A stretch of DNA of 64,000 nucleotides from Trichosphaerium sp. ATCC 40318 (Eukaryota > Protista > Tubulinea), in the NCBI GenBank assembly GCA_038496445.1, contig JALMLS010000093.1, forward strand, positions 861,710-925,709, given 5' to 3'. This document shows positions 56,526 to 64,000 of this stretch, one piece after another; position 1 is the first letter of the stretch, and every line of letters begins with the position of its first letter. A program made the translations under genes and the position numbers. The notes beneath the pieces were generated by a model. The model made no database searches and was not told the DNA's origin. It saw only the letters and a list, made by a program, of their open reading frames with translations.

Positions 56526-59500
56526 ATGAATCAAAGGTATACTTGCGTGGCTTGTAATACCTGTTTATGGCGAAGCAATCGTGCAAGACATGAACAAACA
56601 AGTTTACACAAAAGCAACTTATTACTGCGAACAATATCAAATAATGCATTACGTACTAGATCAGAACCTAATGGCCACAATTACGACACAATTAACTTAT
56701 TGCGTACTTGTTTTGTCAAAACTCCCTGAAACTAACTTATTTAGCTTCTTTGGGCGTAGAAACAACAAATTTGCAGGACAATGTTACAAATTGGGTTGAA
56801 AATACGCCATCTTTTATCCATCATCCAAACCATCCCGAAACAATGCTCAGCCAGTCAATTATCTCCAAAACTACTCATGACAACAACCTTACAGAAAATG
56901 ATCAACGCGTTGAAAATCAAAATGTAAACTTATGTGAACGTACAGCTGTTAGAATACAACAAATGGAGTTTGTTACAACTTTGCAATCGAGCATTCCGAC
57001 GATAGAAAATGCTTCAGCAACTGACCAATTTTTGTACTTGGTACGAAAACTGCAACTAGAACAACAATTGCCAGATGAAAATGTCAAGCTATGGTTGAAC
57101 TTTTTCAAAACAGCTGAAACGATCTTCAATCAACAAACCAGATCTTTCGATGCGACAACTTCTCAATCGCCGCTTTCTTTTTTCGAAAACAAATTGAGTG
57201 TTGCTTCCAGTAAAAAAACTTTTCAAAAGGTACAACCAATCACACTTGTTCATTGTATTGTTAACATCACTTCAGTACACCCCAAAACTCAACATGCAAA
57301 CCATACGCATCAAAACTACAAATAACTCATTTATGGAAATTCCGTTCATTCCTCCATCTGAATATGTGAGATTGCTCATGTATCATTTGGAAGATAGAGA
57401 CAGCATAAATGACAACTCTAAATATCCACACAAGGTGGATAGAGCTGATGTAAATGGCGATATCACCAATGTGCAAATATTCGAAGGCCCAGAAACATCA
57501 CAACGATACCACGATATGTATCTTGATGTAGAAAAAACAAAACAAAACATAAGGCTTGCAGGTGCTGTTCAGCTTTGACGTTCCTTCTGTTATAACTTTA
57601 AAGTTTAGCTTATGTCTGCCATGATGATTTTACATACGATAAAAAGGATAGTTTTGGTCCTATGTATCTGGTTATTTGGAACATGCCAAACAGCGAAGAA
57701 ATGCAAGGGAAAATGACTTTGTTTGTGTTACCCACCAATGTAGTGATGGCAAATGCAATGAAGTATGTTGTAGATGACATTGCAATGATGTATGATGGCA
57801 TTGAACTTCATAGCCCCAAATTGAAACGTGTACGAACACTTTTATTTCATTGTTGTTCTTTACTCTAATTGTTACAGACTTTCAAAGTGTACTTAAGATT
57901 GGAAAAAATACTAGGAGACATGCCAGGAACATGCAAGGTTCTTTGTACGTTAAATTAATTACAAATACTATGCTAAGTTGATAGCTATAAAAAACCATGG
58001 TTCCAACCTTCCGTGCCGCGTTTGTGACATATCTAAAAATGGTTTAAAAAACCTGCAAAATAATTACAAAAAACGAACAAAGGATCAAGCAATCATTGTG
58101 TACAATAACCATAATATGTCCAACACCAACAAGCTATATTCTTTGTGTTTTAATGCCTTTGTACGTAATTACAGCTTTACAAACTCTTTGACACTGTTTG
58201 TAGTCACCGTTTTTGTTTCTACCCAATTTTGACATTTTCCAACATTCTCCTTTTTGTCCCTTCCACAATATTCTATTGGGTATTTCAAAACAGGTATTAA
58301 TAGGCACACTTGAAATGCTTCAAGAAAAGCATTCAAGGGCTGTGCAAAAACAAATTAATGCCAATATCGAATGGTATAAAAAGCAAAAGCACGTTTCTAT
58401 CAACAAGTACACGTTTGTTTACATGAATTTATCATTAACATTGATTTTAGAATGAAAGCAGTATGGGATAAACAAGGAGACTTGTGTTTGGTTCAACATG
58501 GTTGGGATGGAGCTGATACAAGATCTTTTTTGCAAATGGCATTGTTTGTGTTCAGGTCGTTCAGGTCTAAAATTTTCGAGCTGTTTTTATGGTAGATACC
58601 ATGGATTTGTGGTATAATTATACCATTGATTACAATTTTATACCACAAATTCCAGTATAATATACCATAAATCAAAGGATTTATACCATAAAACAGCCAA
58701 ATTATACCATAAATATGCAGTAGAAAGTGCGAATTTATACCATATTTTTTCACCTGAAAAAATGCAATATATGGTATAATTCTACCATAAAACACGGTAT
58801 AAAACACAGTATAATACCACAAAGTCTGGTATATTATACCTTAAAACTTGGTAGATTATACCACAAAACCAGGTGTATTATACCGTGTAAAAACTGTTCT
58901 AATAATAAAACCACATTTATTAATACATTTTTTTGTTTACATCCGTGACCTTTGGTTTTGTCCATATCCTCTTTTGTGGTAGTTGACACATCAAATAACC
59001 TTCAAAAAAAATATTGTACTTGCTGTAAGTGCATCGAATGGACATAGCATGAAAACTAGAAGAAGAATTAGTGAAGGCTTGATGCACAAAATAAATAGTT
59101 GTACAAAAATTGCTGTTTTGTTGTGGTGGCAGCACTGGGAGTAACAAATGACCTGTGTGGTGGAGCCAAATCAAGACTAAAACAAAGAAATGAAAATAAC
59201 TGCCAACTTCATCGGAAACAAGTTCTAGCAGAATCGTACCTGTTAGTTAACACATCTTGGTTTTTTTTTTATCATCTATCTAGCTTGGTTAAAACCTATG
59301 GCAAGCGGCTTCAAAACAACTACTTTTAGCGTACCTTGTGTTGTGTGGGCGATAAACTGGACAAGACTTAGTTTTGTGCTCTGACTTAGCCAATTGGTTT
59401 ACAATATCACTCGTAAGGTCAACGCATGGGTGTGAAGCCTAAATGCTATCTGTTCTGGCAAATGCGGGCGTTTAGTAGGGAAAAATTCAAAAAAATCCAA

Positions 59501-61807
59501 AAAAATCCAAAAAAAACCAAAAAACTCAAAAAATGGGTAGGCTCTGAAACAACTTGGCCTTATAGCACTATTCACGCGTTTTAACATGCATTGGAGCGTA
59601 TATCAAAAATGTCAAAAAAAAATAAATAATTTTGCTCCTGATTTGGTAAATGAGGCTGTATGGCGTTGATTGAATGTAAAAATGCCTATGGAGGGGAGAA
59701 AAAAATGAGAGCGGGGAAAAAAACCTCCAATTGGAGGTTTTTTGCGAATGGGCATTTTTCAAGCGCTAAACGCGTTTTTGGTGTGTCTACCACTGTAGCG
59801 TTCTAACATGGGGTACGTGGAGTGGTTTCTTTCTCAAATACTGTCAATCGGAGAAAATTGGCCAATTTATCCCTAAAACGCCCGCAATTGGGGCACGTTA
59901 CCAGATTTCTCTCTTAAAACTGTTTTTCACACATTTATATGCCAATTATGTTCAATAACGGCTACTGTCAAAGCATTGTGTGGTATGGCGTTTGCGTAGG
60001 GCCAAAGGCTATTAAATCAAGTATAGACCAAGTGAGCTTTGACTAACTTATACTTATACGGTATAATACCACGGTATAATACCACATTTTATGGTATAAT
60101 TATATGGTATAATGCACGGTATACTATACTTTAAAATACAGTATAATACCATGGTATAATACTGTGTTTTATGGTATAATTATATGGTATAATGCATGGT
60201 ATAATATACTTTAAAATGCAGTATAATACCATGGTATAGTACCATGTTTTATGGTATAATTATATGGTATAATGCATGGTATAATGTACTGTAAAATGTG
60301 GTATAATACCATGGTATAGTACCATGTTTTATGGTATAATTATATTCTATAAATTGAAATATGGTATAAACATGGTATAATGGCTGTTATACCATTTGTC
60401 CAAAAAACATGGTATTATACCATATTTTATGGTATAATTATATGGTATAATTATGGATTATACTGAGCTTGTACCATAAAAGGTGATTATACCATAAAAT
60501 ACGGTATAATACCATGATAATTTTCAGACCTGTTGTGTTCGAAAGCAGTAATGCAAACATGGTACATCACAAAAAAAAAAAAATCCAATATTCATCACTT
60601 TAGGTGCGCTTTATTGAGTTATATTGCCCTCATGTCTAGAAGTTTTCTACAAGAATACAAATTACATTTGGTCACTCATGCAGCCCTCAGTTTAAGAAAT
60701 TTGGTAGCAATTAACTTACCAAGTAAGTCTTGAAACTTATTTAATTGTATTGACAATATTTTGAAAGATGTAAATGTCACAACTCCTAACTTTCACGTTA
60801 TTGTACATCATGAAGATTTTATACGGATGTTTGGCATGCCAAAACATTATAGGCACAAAACAATACATTTATGTGCTTTTTAACACCTTTATTAGCACGT
60901 ACAGTTGTGAATCTAAACATAGGAAAATAAAAAATTGGAAACGAAGCACCAAAGGCTGCAAAAAAATACGGTACATATACCTTTTCGACTGTTAACACGA
61001 GTTTTTGTAACACATTTTAGAGATATAATGGCAAGAGAAAGTGATTCTATTTCTTCCTATTTTGCTGGGACGTTTAGTAAAACAATGAATAAATTGTCTA
61101 GCAACGAGCAATGTGAAATCGACAAACTCTCCAACTTTTGTTATTTGGCCAAACGCCTTCTCAACATACCTGAAGCTAAATGGACTCTTCGTACTGAATC
61201 ATTTACAAGTACACTGCATTGATTGTACTTTTAGATAATAGACAGTTGATTCGGTTTGCATTTTTGTCTCAAAAATTCAAAACAGCATTAAACAATGACA
61301 CAAACGAACGTGGCATTGAAGACACTTTACAAATTGCAATGTATAACTCTGCCAAATGCGCTCAAAGAGAATTAGCTATTTGTGCTTCTAAAAATACTTG
61401 TTTTAAAACTTGGAGACCGCACAAGTTCGAAACAAGAAGTGATTGCATTTACATTGAAACAACGGCCATTGTACAATTGCACTCTCAAGGAGAAGTTTAC
61501 GTATTTGGCAGGTAGCAAAAAAACCCTTTAAATTGATTTGTGATCGGATACTAATTCGAATTCAGATTGTTTACGATAAAAGATGTTGCAAATAGATATG
61601 ATGAAATTACAGAACTGGTAACGTGCGTACACAATTGTCACATTGATTCATTTATTGAATGCGTTTAGAATCATTCACAATGAAGATGAACCATGCGCTT
61701 GTGTCCCATTATCCATGATATATAGAGTTGAATGCATCATTCCACATCCTGATGCTGAATCGAACATTTACTTGGTGAATTACTACCAAAGAACCATTCC
61801 CAAATAA
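56526..61807 (+). pseudogene. Spliced CMC/Plavaka-like DDE transposase with C2H2 finger, interrupted by element C
   Basis: CVACNTC...RHEQTSLH; YVCHDDFTYDKKDSFGP; LGDMPG; LPCRVC; CPFHNILLG; HVIVHHEDFIRMFG; YSCESKH. Paralog of 28800-32263. Confidence 0.85.
58562..60532. mobile_element. Element C: 1971-bp non-autonomous CAG-terminated element
   Basis: TIR CAGGTCT(G)AAAATT; TSD TT (58560-61, 60533-34); GGTATAAT/ATTATACC subterminal motifs (80-bp period at ~60088-60340). Removal restores FRSLCSKAVMQTW. Confidence 0.92.
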
Positions 61808-62399
61808 ACATTCGTACTTATATATATTTGGTGAAACTTGTCGTAATTTATTATGCTTTTGGAAATAAACAGTAAATCCTAAGGAATCCCAAGAATTATC
61901 GGATTATTGTTGGAATCCTGTGTAAAATCCAATGACAAATAAAAACACTTTACGGATTTTTATCTAAATTCCATTAAAATCCTGAAAAAAACAGGAATTT
62001 GACTGGATTCCAATTAAAAATCCGTATTTTATTTTACTACTGTGAGGTTGAAGATGAGGTTTCAGAAGAAATCCAGCTGCAAAAAAGACCAAGAAGAAGC
62101 AGCAGAGCACATGGGTTGTTCAAAAAATCAAGTGAGCCTTGGTTTGAAAGTGTAGTAACTCACAGACCGATCGTACTCGGTACGAACACGATCGCGATGT
62201 GTTGGTTTGTTTTTTTTTTTCCCTTTCTCTTTTTTTTTTTTCATAAACCAATGTACCAGTTGATGTTATTTAGATTCTGATAAACCACAGCCTTCTACAT
62301 CAAAACATGATGTAAATAAAAGGTCAGGACCAACAAAGATGACCACAAGAAGCAGTCAAAGACTAAAACGAGGTACGTTAACTGCGAACACATATTTTC

Positions 62400-62906
62400 C
62401 GTGTTCGCATTAGACCGCGAGCTCGCGGTCGGTTTCCGACACGCGTTTTACCTGTTGAAAAATAGCTCGGAGGGTTTTTTTTGTTTGTTTTTGTTTTTGA
62501 CATAACTCAGTACTCATGTTGTTCTTACTTAGCACTTGCACCATCCAACAATGGTGAATCTTCTTCTGAGAAGCCTGCTGCCTCTTCCTCTCAATATGGC
62601 TCTCAATCCACCCAACCTCTAACTCCAAGAACCAAGAGGAGAAGAAGTTTGGCTTTGAGAAAGGGGTTGTTGCAAAAATTTTACAAGGCAAAGACTGAAG
62701 AGATGCTCCAATTGTTGTCTATGCCTACTTTGATTAAAAAAGTGGATGGAAGATTGCACCTCACCTTGGTTATTGATCCTGAATCAAAGTCTGGTGACAC
62801 CTTGATTAAAGGCAAGTTTTATATTAATTTTTCCTCGCCGAATTTTTTAACACACGTTTTCCGTGTTCGAACGTGACCGCGAGCTCGCGGTCGGTCGCCG
62901 ACACGT
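62400..62906. repeat. Two further intronic palindrome modules
   Basis: Perfect GACCGCGAGCTCGCGGTC at 62413-62430 and 62875-62892, each flanked by CGTGTTCG ... CGACACG. Confidence 0.9.
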
Positions 62907-63731
62907 ACTTTTCCTGTTGAAAAATAGCATTTTTTATGCGAACTTCACATGACTTACTTGGAGGTTTTTTTGTAGCTGGTAAAATAGATTTGACCCAGTT
63001 GAGTGAAGATGATGAAGAGAGCAAAGAAGAGGAGGAGGAAGATAATAAGAAAGGTAAAGAAGAAAGTGATGATGATGAAGATGAAGAAGAAGAAGAAGGA
63101 GAAGAAAAAATCATAACTGAACAACTGGTAGAAAAACTGATTTGCCACCAAGAAAACAAAGAAGAGGCAGAAGAGTGCTGAAAACTCCAGGTAAAATACC
63201 AACTAGATCTTCTGGTGCAAAAAAAAGAAAGAGAAACAGCATTGGCAAAGCAGGAAGGGCCAACAAGAAAAACAAGACAGGTAAAAAGCCTGTTGAAAAC
63301 GAAGACGAGGATGACGAAGGAGAAGAACAACTCAGTGAAGAAATTTTTGAGTAAACACATTGTGTAATCTTACCTTAATAAAGATAGTTTTAATGTAGTT
63401 TAAAAAAACAACTTTGTGGGTTTTTTTTTTTTTTTTTTTCAATAAAAACACATGTTTAATGTGTCTTAATATTGAAAAAAATGTTGCTCTGAAAAAAAAA
63501 AAAAAAAAAAAGAGCTATTATTCAGCCTCTTTGTACAATAAAAAAGACTTGTTGTTTGAGTGTACATATATATTTATTATTTATTTATTTATTTTTTTTA
63601 TGTGTGGTTATAGATATATATAAAATTTCAAGTGCAATATAATGAGATTTTAGGGTAAAAGGTTGGTGTAGGTTAGAAGGTAAGGTTTGGAAGATGGGTG
63701 GGGGTTGAGGCAAAGGTTGGGTGCAAGTTAG

Positions 63732-63971
63732 TTAGTTTAATCTTCTTCTAATTCCTGGTTTGGCTTTTTTTAGCTCTGCTTTGACAAGCTCATAGTTGTC
63801 ATCTCTCTCTTGAAGCTCCTTCAACATGGCTTGTTGCAAATCAGCCATGTTGTGTTTGGCCACCTTTTCAAAAGGCCAAACAGTAATGGATTTGTCTGCT
63901 AATTGTACCTTGCATGTCAATTCTCCTTGTGTATTTTTAAAGACAGCCATTATTTTGATAACTATGGGCAT
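63732..63971 (-). CDS. Last exon of a gene running off the window; chromo-shadow-like segment plus short coiled coil
   Basis: Preceded by a polyT-GTAG acceptor; IKIMAVFKNTQGELTCKVQLADKSITVWPFEKV resembles the chromo-shadow pattern; CpG-free. Confidence 0.45.
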   Translation of the reverse strand: MPIVIKIMAVFKNTQGELTCKVQLADKSITVWPFEKVAKHNMADLQQAMLKELQERDDNYELVKAELKKAKPGIRRRLN

Positions 63972-64000
63972 CTACAAAAAAAAAACTCAGTAAAAATAAA

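Larger units (their letters stand above)
47061..62042 (+). mobile_element. Element B: 15-kb giant CMC-like DNA transposon inserted in an exon
   Basis: TIRs CAGTAGTAAAATCAAAT / CAGTAGTAAAATAAAAT; TSD TG (47059-60, 62043-44); excision restores the reading frame of the outer gene. Confidence 0.92.
24044..63354 (+). pseudogene. Outer multi-exon gene of unknown function, split by elements A and B; acidic/basic low-complexity C-terminus
   Basis: Exon ...KLKAAFK (phase 0, ~25491) joins ERFPFVEG... (44203). Removing B and one TSD gives in-frame EDEDEDE-VEDEVSEEIQLQKRPRR. Apparent frameshift near 63120-63140. Confidence 0.75.

Noticed and set aside
24000-64000. Endogenous giant virus or Polinton as the explanation of the island
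   Set aside because: No capsid, DNA polymerase B, packaging ATPase or integrase motif is visible; TIR/TSD evidence explains most of the region as DNA transposons.

Overview
Eukaryotic, AT-rich, intron-dense DNA (short GT-AG introns, frequent GTACGT donors, CTAAC branch points), probably a protist; the taxon cannot be fixed from sequence alone. 1-21.2 kb is a compact housekeeping block: a giant coiled-coil gene, proteasome alpha-6 (PSMA1), Rab21, a METTL21-type methyltransferase, a hypothetical gene, WASP and Pumilio. 21.4-24 kb is gene-free and carries interstitial TTAGGG repeats. 24-64 kb is a nested transposon stack. One outer gene (24044-63354) has mostly CpG-free exons, and its introns carry a repeated 18-bp CpG palindrome, GACCGCGAGCTCGCGGTC. 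Two giant DNA transposons split this gene: A (25557-44017, 18.5 kb, in an intron) and B (47061-62042, 15 kb, in an exon). Both have CAG...CTG termini, short TIRs, 2-bp TSDs and subterminal repeat arrays. Each carries a spliced CMC/Plavaka-like DDE transposase, directly preceded by a gene for a 2OG-Fe(II) dioxygenase-like domain fused to an SRA-like domain, plus an F-box-like cargo gene on the opposite strand. A contains a nested Kolobok-like element; B contains a nested 2-kb non-autonomous element of the same CAG/2-bp-TSD type. Best candidate for a novel system: giant transposons encoding their own putative DNA-modification reader/eraser. All protein assignments are by-eye motif alignments and exon structures are manual.
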